From NCBI GenBank assembly GCA_944381295.1, contig CALWKP010000021.1, positions 1 to 30,423 of the forward strand: 30,423 nucleotides of DNA. Direction: 5' to 3'. The position numbers were made by a program, and so were the translations under genes. Positions 9,688 through 19,652 of the stretch are shown here, piece after piece. Below the pieces are notes generated by a model that saw nothing but the letters and a program-made list of their open reading frames with translations, ran no database searches and was not told where the DNA came from. The DNA comes from an uncultured Clostridia bacterium (GTDB lineage: Bacteria; Bacillota; Clostridia; Oscillospirales; Acutalibacteraceae). Each line of letters opens with the position of its first letter. The stretch's first letter is position 1.

Positions 9688-10785
9688 TCATTGCTTGGGC
9701 AACGGGAAAATAATCGGGTCTACTGCCGCATTCAACGTTTCAAAATGATAGCCTTCTTTGTTCAGCTGCCATAGGATCGATGGCAGCTGCGACACAGTGT
9801 CCTCTTTTGCTGCCGCGTCATGACACAGAATGATCGATTTATTTCGGCCACGTACCCCTTGCACTGTATCTCGATAAATCGATTCTGCCGTCGCACCGCG
9901 TTCCGCATCTCCGGAACTTACATTCCAGTCAAAATATACATATCCGCGCCGATTCATCTCTTCTACTGTTTCCCGTATCATCTTACGGTTAAAGTCGTTG
10001 ACGCTTCCTCCTGGATACCGGTAAATTGCTGTATCTACTCCGGTAGCTTCCTGGATAATCTGATGTGTCGTAGCAAAATCATTCAGGAAAGTTTCTACGG
10101 AAGCATAAATCTTTTTATAATCGTGCGATGTAGTATGTACTCCAATTGCATGTCCCCGGTCCACAATTTCTTTCATGATTCGCTTAGACTCCTCATCGGA
10201 CCTTCCAATAACAAAAAATGTTGCCTTTACGCGGTAAGTATCCAAAATATCCAAAATTTTTAGCGTTTGATAGGACGGACCATCATCAAATGTCAGATAC
10301 ACTGTTTTATCTGCTGCGGATTCGGTAAGTGTCTCATCTTTCGGCGCATACAGTTCCGGGTACAGCGCCTGGTAAGCTGGACCATTCGGATCAATCGGCA
10401 GAACAGAACTTTCCGGATTGGAACTTTCCACAGCCGATGATTCCGGTGAAGAACTTTCCGTGGTGGAACTTACTGGTGCAGAACTTTCTGGAACAGAGCT
10501 TTCTGTCTCTGAAGTGGAACTTTCTTCTTCAGAACTGCTTCCTGTTTCAGGAAATCCCTCTGGCAGCGAAACAATAATCTCTCCATTACTATCTGGACGG
10601 TACACTTCCTGTTCTTGAGAAGTAACATACTGCGGCAATGAACCTGTTCCGGCTTCTTCCCTGGTGATCGTCCTGATTCCCCAATACACCGCGGAGCCAA
10701 TTCCTGCAAAAAACAGCATCAAAATCATGACAATTACAATGTGCCGGATCGTTCTGCGTGTTCTTTTTTTCCTGTTCTGTTCCAT
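9688..10785 (-). CDS. Membrane-anchored polysaccharide (peptidoglycan GlcNAc) deacetylase, CE4/NodB family
   Basis: LTFDDGP, HTTSH, YRYPGGS, WNVSSGD and LCHD motifs; N-terminal basic segment plus TM; Ser/Glu linker. Start at ATG 10785 behind AGGGGTG. Confidence 0.9.
   Translation of the reverse strand: MEQNRKKRTRRTIRHIVIVMILMLFFAGIGSAVYWGIRTITREEAGTGSLPQYVTSQEQEVYRPDSNGEIIVSLPEGFPETGSSSEEESSTSETESSVPESSAPVSSTTESSSPESSAVESSNPESSVLPIDPNGPAYQALYPELYAPKDETLTESAADKTVYLTFDDGPSYQTLKILDILDTYRVKATFFVIGRSDEESKRIMKEIVDRGHAIGVHTTSHDYKKIYASVETFLNDFATTHQIIQEATGVDTAIYRYPGGSVNDFNRKMIRETVEEMNRRGYVYFDWNVSSGDAERGATAESIYRDTVQGVRGRNKSIILCHDAAAKEDTVSQLPSILWQLNKEGYHFETLNAAVDPIIFPLPKQ
10400..10504 (-). repeat. Seven 15-nt degenerate tandem units encoding an ESSxx linker
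   Basis: GAACTTTCC-like cores at 10406, 10421, 10436, 10451, 10466, 10481 and 10496; protein ESSVP ESSAP VSSTT ESSSP ESSAV ESSNP ESSVL. Confidence 0.8.
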
Positions 10786-11139
10786 GATTTCACCCCTATC
10801 GTTCTGGTCCTTTTCTTGTGTAAGCAATTTTGTAGAATTTCTTGTGAAGCGATGATCATTCGACGAAAAACACCATCATTTTTGGGGGATTTCTTTTTTA
10901 TTTTCTCTTTCCCCACTTACTTCGACTGGAAACTTGTTCTTTTCTCAGAACATTCCTTTCCCTGTAATACCAGTATATCACATTTTGTCAGAAAGTGGAG
11001 TTAAATGTTTGTAATGAATCCAATAGAAAGTTTACATTCCCGAAAACTTTTGTTCTTATTAAGAACTTTACAGAGTTGTGAATCCTTTATGATGAAGTTA
11101 TGACGAAAACTTTCGGAAAACGGTGGGTGAAATTTCTTT

Positions 11140-12072
11140 ATGAATAAATTAAATGATTTGATGCGTGAAATAAAAAAAGCTATGATCGGCAAAGATGAGG
11201 TGATTGAAAAACTTTTGTTGGCCTTGCTTGCCCGAGGCCATGTCCTTCTCGAAGATATTCCTGGCGTCGGCAAGACTACTTTGGCCTTGGCCGTTTCCCG
11301 CTGCGCTTCCCTCGATTATAACCGCACCCAATTTACCCCTGACGTCTTACCAAGTGATGTCACTGGTTTTTCTGTTTACAACAAAATTTCTGGAAAACTG
11401 GAATATCAGCCTGGCGCTGCACTGTGCAACCTGTTCCTTGCAGATGAAATCAATCGTACTTCCAGCAAAACACAATCCGCTCTGCTGCAAGTGATGGAGG
11501 AAGGCTGTATCACAGTAGACGGACAATCTCACCCTGTCCCGAAACCTTATATGGTCATCGCTACGCAGAATCCTTTTGGTTTCGCCGGCACGCAGCTTCT
11601 TCCAGAATCACAACTTGACCGCTTCCTGATTTGTCTGACTTTGGGGTATCCCGACACTAATCATGAAATTGAAATCCTGAAAAGGTATCAGGGTACCTCT
11701 CCTCTTGAACAAGTTTGTCCTGTCGCAGATGCTTCCGACATTACCACTATGCAGCAGGAAACCGAGCAGGTTTTCCTTTCGGATGATGTCCTACGCTATA
11801 TCGTCCTTCTGATATCAGAAACCCGAAAGCATCCCGATATCCGGTCTGGTGCAAGTCCCCGTGCCTCGCTCGCTCTCGCAAGGATCAGCCGGGCCAAAGC
11901 TTACAGCCTTGGCCGTGACTATGTTCTTCCCCAAGACGTACAGGACCTTTTTTTCGACGTCATTTCCCATCGGATTCTCCTTACTCCGGACTTCCACAGC
12001 GAGGAACGGGAGCATGTTCCACTTATTCTTCGCCAGATTCTGAAAACTGTTCCAAAACCTTCTGTTGTCTGA
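11140..12072 (+). CDS. MoxR family AAA+ ATPase
   Basis: HVLLEDIPGVGKTTLA, RTQFTPDVLPSDVTG, LADEINR, IATQNP, PESQLDRF and GASPRA motifs. Confidence 0.95.
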   Translation: MNKLNDLMREIKKAMIGKDEVIEKLLLALLARGHVLLEDIPGVGKTTLALAVSRCASLDYNRTQFTPDVLPSDVTGFSVYNKISGKLEYQPGAALCNLFLADEINRTSSKTQSALLQVMEEGCITVDGQSHPVPKPYMVIATQNPFGFAGTQLLPESQLDRFLICLTLGYPDTNHEIEILKRYQGTSPLEQVCPVADASDITTMQQETEQVFLSDDVLRYIVLLISETRKHPDIRSGASPRASLALARISRAKAYSLGRDYVLPQDVQDLFFDVISHRILLTPDFHSEEREHVPLILRQILKTVPKPSVV

Positions 12073-12085
12073 AGGGGGGATTGTC

Positions 12086-13228
12086 TTGCGCAAAAATAGG
12101 GCTTTTTACCTGATCTTGATGATTGTTTCCTTCTTTTTCTTTCTTTATTTTGACGGCTATCTCTCTTTGTTTCTGATTCCTGTGATTCTTTTGCTTCCCA
12201 TTTTTTCTTTTGTTGTCTCCCTCATTGCTTCTAAATTCTTAAACTTCCAAATAACTGTATCTGCTCCCTCATCGGTGCAAAACTCCCCTCTGAAAGTCAA
12301 CGTTTCTGTAATTAACCGCAGTTTTCTTCCTTTGCTAGGTATTCGTGCTTCTCTTCTTTATGAAAATTCTTGTTCCCCTGGCATCCAGCGGTCCGAGCTT
12401 TCTTTTCCGTTATCTTCCTTCGGCCGTTCAGAGCTTACTCAGGAATTTTCTTCCAAACACTGTGGTAAAATTTCTATTTCACTCTCCAAAATCCGGGTTT
12501 ATGACTATCTTGGGCTTTTCGTTATCCCTAAAAAGTCTCCAGTTCCCATTCAAGCCTTCATTTTCCCTCCAGAAACTTCCTGCTCCTTCTTTTCTTCTCT
12601 TCCCTCCACGCTTCGCGATGGAAGAGCGGCTTCTTCTTTCGGAGATCCGGATTTTTCAGAGCTTTCTTCCCTTCGGGATTATCGAGATGGAGACCGTTTG
12701 CGCGATATCCATTGGAAAGCGAGCAGCAAATTTGGGAAAACCCTTGTAAAAGAATATGACCGGGAAGGAGACTGCGTTGTAACATTTCTGACCCGAGGAA
12801 TTTTTCCCGATCCTGCAATTACCGATCTAAGCTGCACAATGTTACGATGTGGTTGTACTTTTTTGCTTCAGGAAGGCTTTCTTCCTCAGGTATCCTGGAA
12901 GGATGAGGAACATTTTCGCGTGGTTCGCGTAGAATCCACAGAGGCTATTCCTCAAATGCTTTCAGAACTCTTTTCGGCCTGTCCTCCGAAAGGTTCCCTT
13001 CCCTCTCTTCCCCAAGATTTTTCTAGCAATTTTTTTATTGTACTAGTTACAGAGCTTTGTGAAGCACTTCTGGAACAATGTATTGCGCATTCTGGAAAGA
13101 TCTGGGTTGTTTTTCTGCATACTGATGAGATTTCGGAAGCATCACAACAGTTATTTCCGTTTTTTCATCATGCAGGAATCCCACTTTTTCCTTATGGGCC
13201 AGTTCAGGAGGGAGGGAAATCTTCATGA
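12086..13228 (+). CDS. DUF58 domain protein
   Basis: LRDYRDGDRLRDIHWKASSKFGKTLVKEY; N-terminal TM; follows MoxR. TTG start at 12086 behind GAAGGGGGG. Confidence 0.88.
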   Translation: MRKNRAFYLILMIVSFFFFLYFDGYLSLFLIPVILLLPIFSFVVSLIASKFLNFQITVSAPSSVQNSPLKVNVSVINRSFLPLLGIRASLLYENSCSPGIQRSELSFPLSSFGRSELTQEFSSKHCGKISISLSKIRVYDYLGLFVIPKKSPVPIQAFIFPPETSCSFFSSLPSTLRDGRAASSFGDPDFSELSSLRDYRDGDRLRDIHWKASSKFGKTLVKEYDREGDCVVTFLTRGIFPDPAITDLSCTMLRCGCTFLLQEGFLPQVSWKDEEHFRVVRVESTEAIPQMLSELFSACPPKGSLPSLPQDFSSNFFIVLVTELCEALLEQCIAHSGKIWVVFLHTDEISEASQQLFPFFHHAGIPLFPYGPVQEGGKSS

Positions 13229-15615
13229 GACCTGATTCTGGGATTTCTTTGAATTCTCCTGAAATCCATGCAGCGTCGCCAAGTCTTCTTTTCCAAAGAA
13301 GCTGGCAAATTCTTTTGGTCCTTTTGGGATTGTTTGGAAGCTTTTTTTCTTTTATTAGTTCGTTTCAGATCCCCGCAAATTCGCTCCTTTTCAGCGCCGT
13401 AATTGTGGTGATGACAGCTATTTTCACCCTGACAATAGCTGTCCGCAAGCTTCTTTTTATTCTCTCGCCGATTCTGGCAGCCGCTTATCTCTGGGCGGCT
13501 GTAGCTTTTCGGGAATTATGGATTCAAGGCTTCCTCCTTGTTACAAATCAGATGATGCGGGCTTTTACTGCCAACTCTTCTTGGGAATTTACGACGTATC
13601 TGGTTACCGCGCCTGTATCTTCCCGGAATAGCTGTATCACTATTTTTCTTCTTTTTGCCTTATTTCTGATTGCCTGGCTGCTTAGTTGGGGGATTTTTTT
13701 CCGAAATAGTTTTCTCTTATCCTTTCTGCTGACATTTCCTTTTCTTGCTGTTCCCCTCTTCTTCACAATAACCCCATTTTTCCCTGCGGTCCTCATGCTT
13801 TTTTCCTTCTGGACTGGTGTTTTTGTTTCGCGCTATTCATCAAGAAGGAAAAAGAGTTCTCCCAAAAAGAATATTCGCTATTCCATACGTTCACAAGCTG
13901 GTCTTGTTTCACTTGCGCTCCTTTTCTTATCCTTCGCCAGCTCTTTTCTAATTTTTCCATTCTCTCAATACCGCCGCCCTGAGCACGCGGAATCGATCCG
14001 CACCTACTTGGAACAGAGTGCTGTTGATTTGGTTTCCCAGATATTTTTAGGTGGAGGACTTTCCGAAGGAGACTTGGATGTAGGCGATAATCTCTCTCTC
14101 TCCAATCGTACAATGCTCCGTATTCGGACAGATTATACCGGAACGCTATATCTAAAAGGATATTCTGGGTCATATTATACAGGACGTAGTTGGGAAAACC
14201 TTCCGTTTTCTTTTACCACACCTATGGGAGATCGTGCAGCCTTTTTCCCTCCCTCCTCAATTTCCGACGCAATTTCTCTGGAATCTCCCCCGCCGAAACT
14301 CTATTTTTTAGATGTGAATACTGGTATTGTCGGAAATGATTTCCTTTATGTTCCATATGGGGTTGTTTATGATGGTTCACTTGCTTCCATTTCTTCTTCG
14401 GATACCGAGGGATATCTCCGTCCAAACAACTCTATTCGGGAATATTCGGTAAATTTCTACTCTTGGGATAGTTTTTATTACTCTTCTGCTTTTTCTCAGA
14501 ATTATTTTGGGGACCTTCCCATGAAAGAATATTATTTGAGTGCTGGCAGTCCTGCCTTGCCGCCAGGACCTATGCGTGAGGAAGAATTCCGATACCGGTC
14601 TGCCATGTATGACCAAAACACTGATCTCCCTCCTGGTGTCCTCAGCGACTTACAAGTACTCTGCGTTATGGAAGGTCTTAATGATTTTTCTGGTTCATCC
14701 AATCCCGTAGAAGCCGCAGTAGAACAGGTAAAGCGTTATCTTGATGAAACTGCAACCTATACCCTAACTCCTGGGGATACTCCTTCCGATGAAGATTTTG
14801 TCAGTTATTTCCTTTTTGAAAATCATCAAGGATACTGTGTTCATTTTGCGTCAGCGGGAACAGCTTTACTACGGGCAATGGGAATCCCTGCACGTTATGC
14901 GGAAGGCTATCTCGTTACACAAGACGATCTAGCGTCTACAGGACAGGATGGTTACTGCGATATCCGGGAAAACCGGGCACATGCCTGGACAGAAGTCTAC
15001 ATTCCTGGATTCGGCTGGATTCCACAAGAAATGACCCCTGGTGATTCAGGAATTTTTGGAAATTCCGCACAGGAGTTGCCGGAATCTTCTGAACAAGAAC
15101 CAGAGTTGGAAGAACCTGTTTCTTCACAAATTTCTGACATTTCAAACCAATCAGACATTGTCTCCAGTTCTTCCATTCTGGAATCCTCTCCATTACAGAA
15201 TCCCACGGAACCGGTAGCGGTATGGCCATTTGTGGTTATTGGAGTCATCCTCCTGCTTTCAACCAGCTGGTTTGTTGGAAATGTCCTATGGAAACGGCAT
15301 CGAGAAATTTTGTTTAGTCAGCCGGACCGCAGAGCGGCTGTTCTTGCTCTATACCGATATTTATTGAAAACAATGACACATTTTGCTAAAATACCGTTCC
15401 CACCAGATATTTCGCAGGCAAAAGACGCAGCAAAACGCTTTGGTATGGAAGAAGAAGTCTTTGAACGTTTCCATCAATGCGCAGAACGTGCGAAATTCAG
15501 CCGAAACGGTCCTAACGAGGAAGAATATCAACTCATGAAAACGGAAGTTCTTACGTTTTGTGATAAGATTCGTTCTCAACACGGAATCCGAAGATTTTTC
15601 TCGCGACACAAATGA
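13225..15615 (+). CDS. Polytopic membrane protein with transglutaminase-like domain (TgpA-like)
   Basis: Multiple N-terminal TMs; GYCVHFASAGTALLRAMGIPARYAEGY and HAWTEVYIPGFGWIPQEMTP; C-terminal TM. ATGA overlap with DUF58. Confidence 0.9.
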   Translation: MRPDSGISLNSPEIHAASPSLLFQRSWQILLVLLGLFGSFFSFISSFQIPANSLLFSAVIVVMTAIFTLTIAVRKLLFILSPILAAAYLWAAVAFRELWIQGFLLVTNQMMRAFTANSSWEFTTYLVTAPVSSRNSCITIFLLFALFLIAWLLSWGIFFRNSFLLSFLLTFPFLAVPLFFTITPFFPAVLMLFSFWTGVFVSRYSSRRKKSSPKKNIRYSIRSQAGLVSLALLFLSFASSFLIFPFSQYRRPEHAESIRTYLEQSAVDLVSQIFLGGGLSEGDLDVGDNLSLSNRTMLRIRTDYTGTLYLKGYSGSYYTGRSWENLPFSFTTPMGDRAAFFPPSSISDAISLESPPPKLYFLDVNTGIVGNDFLYVPYGVVYDGSLASISSSDTEGYLRPNNSIREYSVNFYSWDSFYYSSAFSQNYFGDLPMKEYYLSAGSPALPPGPMREEEFRYRSAMYDQNTDLPPGVLSDLQVLCVMEGLNDFSGSSNPVEAAVEQVKRYLDETATYTLTPGDTPSDEDFVSYFLFENHQGYCVHFASAGTALLRAMGIPARYAEGYLVTQDDLASTGQDGYCDIRENRAHAWTEVYIPGFGWIPQEMTPGDSGIFGNSAQELPESSEQEPELEEPVSSQISDISNQSDIVSSSSILESSPLQNPTEPVAVWPFVVIGVILLLSTSWFVGNVLWKRHREILFSQPDRRAAVLALYRYLLKTMTHFAKIPFPPDISQAKDAAKRFGMEEEVFERFHQCAERAKFSRNGPNEEEYQLMKTEVLTFCDKIRSQHGIRRFFSRHK

Positions 15616-15960
15616 CCTTTTGATACGGTAGAGAGGCCTGTATTCCGATCCAGCAAAAAATGAAGGGTAAAATAATTCTTATGTCGTAATTTCCAAAAGT
15701 TGCAAGTCAAAACGGATGAGATACTCACCAAAAATCGGCTAATTTTGGAATAATTGTTCTTTTTTATACAAATTGTATTCTATTTTTTTACTTAAAAAGG
15801 CTAATGAAAGGTTTTTCCCTTTACAGCATCTTCTTTATTCACGCAAAATGGTTTTGTTTCACTTTGTCTGCTCACTCTCCTCATTGGAAATCATAGGTGG
15901 AACTAACAATCTGAATCGGGTTGTACAAAATAACTTTTTTTAAAAAGCTTATCGAATACA

Positions 15961-15990
15961 GAAACGGCATGGCTTTCGCCATGCCGTTTC
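15961..15990. terminator. Hairpin between the convergent liv and MoxR operons
   Basis: Perfect 13-bp stem GAAACGGCATGGC-TTTC-GCCATGCCGTTTC. Confidence 0.7.
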
Positions 15991-16136
15991 AAATATGTTT
16001 TTTGCGTGGAAGGCTAAAGCCCTCACCAGTACCGAGCACCGGTTATCATCCAAAAAATCATCTATGCAGCTATCCGGTAACGCCATATTTCCGGTACCAA
16101 TCGTTTTACAAAAAAACCTTGCAAGCAAAATTGGAA

Positions 16137-16850
16137 TTAACCGCCTAAATATGCCTTTTTGACCTGCTCGTTATCTGCCAGTTCCTTTGCATCGCCGGAC
16201 ATCGCCACGCTACCAGTCTCCAACACATAGGCACGATTCGCGATTTCCAACGCCATCTTTGCGTTCTGCTCTACCAAAAGTACTGTCACACCCATACGGT
16301 TGACGTCCCGGATAATCCCAAAGATCTCCTGTACCAGCAGAGGAGAAAGTCCCATGGATGGCTCATCCAGCAACAACATTTTGGGCTTGCACATCAATGC
16401 CCGGCCAATCGCCAGCATCTGCTGTTCACCGCCGCTCAAGGTACCTGCAGCCTGCTTCCGACGTTCTTTCAGACGAGGCAGACGGTCAAAAACCATCTCA
16501 TAATCGTTTTCAATTCCTGCCTTATCTTTTCGCGTATATGCCCCCATCTGAAGGTTTTCCATCACGCTCATATTGGCAAAAATACGCCGTCCTTCCGGAA
16601 CCTGTGCTAACCCTAATCCTATGATTTTATGCGCTTCCATGGACGTCAGATTATTCCCGCAGAAAACAACTTCTCCTGTTTTCGGACGCAGAAGTCCTGA
16701 TATCGTATGCAGTGTCGTTGTCTTTCCTGCTCCATTCGCCCCGATCAGCGTAACGATTTCGCCTTCATTTACTTCAAAGGAGATCCCTTTGATCGCGTGG
16801 ATCGAGCCGTAATATACATTCAAATCCTTTACGGATAACATGGTCCCCAT
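16137..16850 (-). CDS. livF: Branched-chain amino acid ABC transporter ATPase
   Basis: GANGAGKTT, VPEGRRIF, AGTLSGGEQQMLAIGRALM and LLLDEPSMGL. Confidence 0.95.
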   Translation of the reverse strand: MGTMLSVKDLNVYYGSIHAIKGISFEVNEGEIVTLIGANGAGKTTTLHTISGLLRPKTGEVVFCGNNLTSMEAHKIIGLGLAQVPEGRRIFANMSVMENLQMGAYTRKDKAGIENDYEMVFDRLPRLKERRKQAAGTLSGGEQQMLAIGRALMCKPKMLLLDEPSMGLSPLLVQEIFGIIRDVNRMGVTVLLVEQNAKMALEIANRAYVLETGSVAMSGDAKELADNEQVKKAYLGG

Positions 16851-16851
16851 C

Positions 16852-17622
16852 TTATTCCCCTCCCAGATAGGCTGCGATTACCTTCGGGTTGCTCCGGATT
16901 TCTTCCGCGTTCCCCGTTGCAATAATCCTTCCATAATCCAGCACAACAATGCGTTCACAAATCCCCATCACAAAACTCATATCATGCTCGATCAGCAGAA
17001 TGGATACTTCAAAATTCTTTTTAATGGAGAGGATCGTTTCCATCAATTCCTGTGTCTCTGTCGGGTTCATTCCAGCTGCCGGTTCGTCCAGCAGCAATAC
17101 TTTTGGATTTGTGGCCAGCGCCCGGGCAATTTCCAGTTTTCGCTGCTGGCCGTACGGAAGATTCTTTGCATACGCATCGCTGAATTCATCCAGCCCGAAC
17201 ATCTTTAGCAGTTCATGACCACGTTCGGTACGCTCTTTTTCTTCCTTCCAATAGGACGGCAGACGCAATACGCCCGATAAGGCGGAATATTTCATTTCGC
17301 TGTTCATCGCCGTTTTGACGTTATCAATCACCGAAACATCTTTAAATAACCGGATATTCTGGAACGTCCTTGCAATTCCGCTTTGATTGATCTGATAGGT
17401 TTTTTTCCCGACAATATTCTTCCCTTCCAGCTCAATAGTACCTTCTGTTGGAAGATATACCCCTGTGAGAAGATTGAACACGGTTGTTTTTCCGGCTCCA
17501 TTGGGGCCAATCAGTCCCATAATCTCCCCTTTTTCCAACGAGAATTCCACGCCTTCCAGCGCACGAAGTCCACCGAAAGTAATCCCCAGATTTTTTGCTA
17601 CCAGTAAACTCACGGCGGTCAC
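16852..17622 (-). CDS. livG: Branched-chain amino acid ABC transporter ATPase
   Basis: GPNGAGKTT, GIARTFQNIRLF, NLPYGQQRKLEIARALA and LLDEPAAGMN. Confidence 0.95.
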   Translation of the reverse strand: MTAVSLLVAKNLGITFGGLRALEGVEFSLEKGEIMGLIGPNGAGKTTVFNLLTGVYLPTEGTIELEGKNIVGKKTYQINQSGIARTFQNIRLFKDVSVIDNVKTAMNSEMKYSALSGVLRLPSYWKEEKERTERGHELLKMFGLDEFSDAYAKNLPYGQQRKLEIARALATNPKVLLLDEPAAGMNPTETQELMETILSIKKNFEVSILLIEHDMSFVMGICERIVVLDYGRIIATGNAEEIRSNPKVIAAYLGGE

Positions 17623-18647
17623 TCCCCTTTCTGTGCCAGACGGTCTTTCGAAGTCATCTTTTTCAGCTTATCCAAAAATCCTGCTCCGGAAAATTCTGCA
17701 CGTCCAAGCAAACCAGTCGGCCGGAACAGCATTACGATAATCAATACCACCGAATACAGCAGCATCCTGTAATTCGCGAGGTCGCCCGGCAGCATCCGCA
17801 GGACTTCCGGTAAGAAGGTAAGGACAATCGCCGCCAGGATAGAACCGGTAATAGAACCCATACCACCCAGAACTACCATGACCAGGATCTCCACAGAACG
17901 GTTGAAATCAAATTTTGCTGGATCAATAATGCCGATATGATGAGCATAAAGCCCGCCGGCAACACCAGCGATAAATGCTGCAATCACAAACGCGAGAAGC
18001 TTATAATAAGTAGTATGGATTCCGGATGCCTCGGCCGCGATTTCATCCTCACGGATTGCGATGACCGCACGTCCATGACGAGAACGTCCGAAGGTAAACA
18101 TGGCAAAAATCACAATCACTGCAATAAAAAATACATAAGTAAACATGACTGTTGGATTCCCGCTATTATTCAGCGACTGAATTCCAGACAGACCTTTTGC
18201 ACCATTGGTGATTTCCAGGTTATTTGCAATGACACGGATGATCTCGCCGAAACCTAACGTAATAATCGCGAGGTAGTCGCCCTTTAACCGCAATGCTGGT
18301 ACGCCGATCACGATGCCGAACACTGCCGCCACAATTCCGGAAAACAATAAGCCAATCGGAAATGCAATCTGAAGCGGGATACCGCTCATTTTTGTAAACA
18401 GACCGGCTGCATAGCCTCCTACCAGCATAAATCCTGCATGTCCCAACACCAGCTGTCCTAACAGGCCCGTCACCAAGTTCAAACTGACTGCCAAAATCAC
18501 GTTGATACATGCCAGTGTAATAATATCCGAATAGTACCGGTTAATCACACCGGTAAAAATCAGCACTTCCAGTACCAGATAGAGGACTGCAACGCCTATT
18601 ATATTTACGAGATACCCCATACGGGTCTTATTTTTCAATCCAGGCAT
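17619..18647 (-). CDS. livM: Branched-chain amino acid ABC transporter permease
   Basis: GQLVLGHAGF, LRLKGDYLAIITLGFGEII and MVVLGGMGSITG. Confidence 0.93.
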   Translation of the reverse strand: MPGLKNKTRMGYLVNIIGVAVLYLVLEVLIFTGVINRYYSDIITLACINVILAVSLNLVTGLLGQLVLGHAGFMLVGGYAAGLFTKMSGIPLQIAFPIGLLFSGIVAAVFGIVIGVPALRLKGDYLAIITLGFGEIIRVIANNLEITNGAKGLSGIQSLNNSGNPTVMFTYVFFIAVIVIFAMFTFGRSRHGRAVIAIREDEIAAEASGIHTTYYKLLAFVIAAFIAGVAGGLYAHHIGIIDPAKFDFNRSVEILVMVVLGGMGSITGSILAAIVLTFLPEVLRMLPGDLANYRMLLYSVVLIIVMLFRPTGLLGRAEFSGAGFLDKLKKMTSKDRLAQKGE

Positions 18648-18650
18648 GCA

Positions 18651-19532
18651 TTACACCTTCTCCCTGATATTTTTGCCAAGCAATCCAGCAGGTTTTACCA
18701 AAAGAACAATAATCAAAATTGCGAATACCACCGCATCGGTAAGGTTACTGCTGATATAGGCGCTTGTTAAACTTTCTGCAACACCTAAAATATATCCGCC
18801 AAGCATCGCGCCCGGAATATTTCCGATTCCGCCAAGCACTGCGGCTACAAAAGCTTTCAATCCTAACAGCGCGCCCATCGTTGGCTTGATCTGAGGATAC
18901 GTATTACAATAAAGCACCGCACCAACCGCAGCCAAAGCCGAACCAATGGCAAATGTAAATGCAATCGTATGGTTAGTATTAATTCCCATCAGCTTTGCTG
19001 CATCCGCATCTTCAGAAGTTGCGCGCATCGCTTTGCCGATTTTCGTCTTGTTGACAAGTGTTTGCAGGCCAACCATCATAACGATGGAAGTGAGGATATT
19101 CAGCGTAGTAGACGAGGAAAGTTCCAGAGAACCTAGCATCACAGGATTGAAATCAAAAAGCTTTGGCATCGACTGTGCCTGAGAGCCAAAGATCGCCTGG
19201 AACAGGTTCTGCAGGAAAATACTGACGCCAATCGCGGTAATCAGCAGTGAAATGCGTGGGGCGCCATGCACCAGCAACCGCCGGTAAGCAATGCGTTCAA
19301 TAAATACGCCCGCAAACGCACAGAATATCAGCGAACCGATGACCGCGGCCCAAAGCGGCATCCCTAGCATGGCAAGGATGACGTAAACGATATACGCGCC
19401 CACCATAATGATGTCCCCATGCGCAAAGTTAATCAACTGCACAATTCCGTATACCATGCTGTATCCCAACGCAATCAGCGCATAGATACTTCCGATACCG
19501 AGCCCGTTTAATATCTGTGTTACAAAATCCAT
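18651..19532 (-). CDS. livH: Branched-chain amino acid ABC transporter permease
   Basis: GSIYALIALGYSMVYGIVQLINFAHG and KAFVAAVLGGIGNIPGA. Start at ATG 19532. Confidence 0.95.
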   Translation of the reverse strand: MDFVTQILNGLGIGSIYALIALGYSMVYGIVQLINFAHGDIIMVGAYIVYVILAMLGMPLWAAVIGSLIFCAFAGVFIERIAYRRLLVHGAPRISLLITAIGVSIFLQNLFQAIFGSQAQSMPKLFDFNPVMLGSLELSSSTTLNILTSIVMMVGLQTLVNKTKIGKAMRATSEDADAAKLMGINTNHTIAFTFAIGSALAAVGAVLYCNTYPQIKPTMGALLGLKAFVAAVLGGIGNIPGAMLGGYILGVAESLTSAYISSNLTDAVVFAILIIVLLVKPAGLLGKNIREKV

Positions 19533-19586
19533 ACTGACACCTTCCAACCCTTCCCGTCCGCCATGGCGGTAAAATCCCCGGGATAA

Positions 19587-19623
19587 TCCGAAAAGAGGGA
19601 GGACGAATCCACCCTCTTTCGAT
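19587..19623. other. Intercistronic hairpin between the binding-protein gene and livH
   Basis: GAAAAGAGGG-A-GGA...TCC-A-CCCTCTTTC imperfect stem; this is a typical position for differential mRNA stabilisation in ABC operons. Confidence 0.5.
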
Positions 19624-19652
19624 TTTCCATTTCTTCCTTTACAAGGGCTGCA

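Noticed and set aside
11101-11107. TGACGAA Spo0A-like box upstream of MoxR
   Set aside because: A single 7-mer is expected by chance roughly every 2 kb.
11140-15615. Strong T/C richness suggesting horizontal transfer
   Set aside because: Explained by hydrophobic codon content and probable lagging-strand orientation; no mobility genes or flanking repeats.
15780-15870. Short minus-strand ORF behind GAGGAG
   Set aside because: Only about 24-27 codons with no supporting composition or context.
15950-16136. Possible ncRNA or 45-aa ORF (MALPDSCIDD...) after livF, with several ACCGG motifs
   Set aside because: Pairings are short and ambiguous; no match to 6S, SRP, tmRNA or T-box hallmarks; the ORF has no RBS and runs through the terminator.
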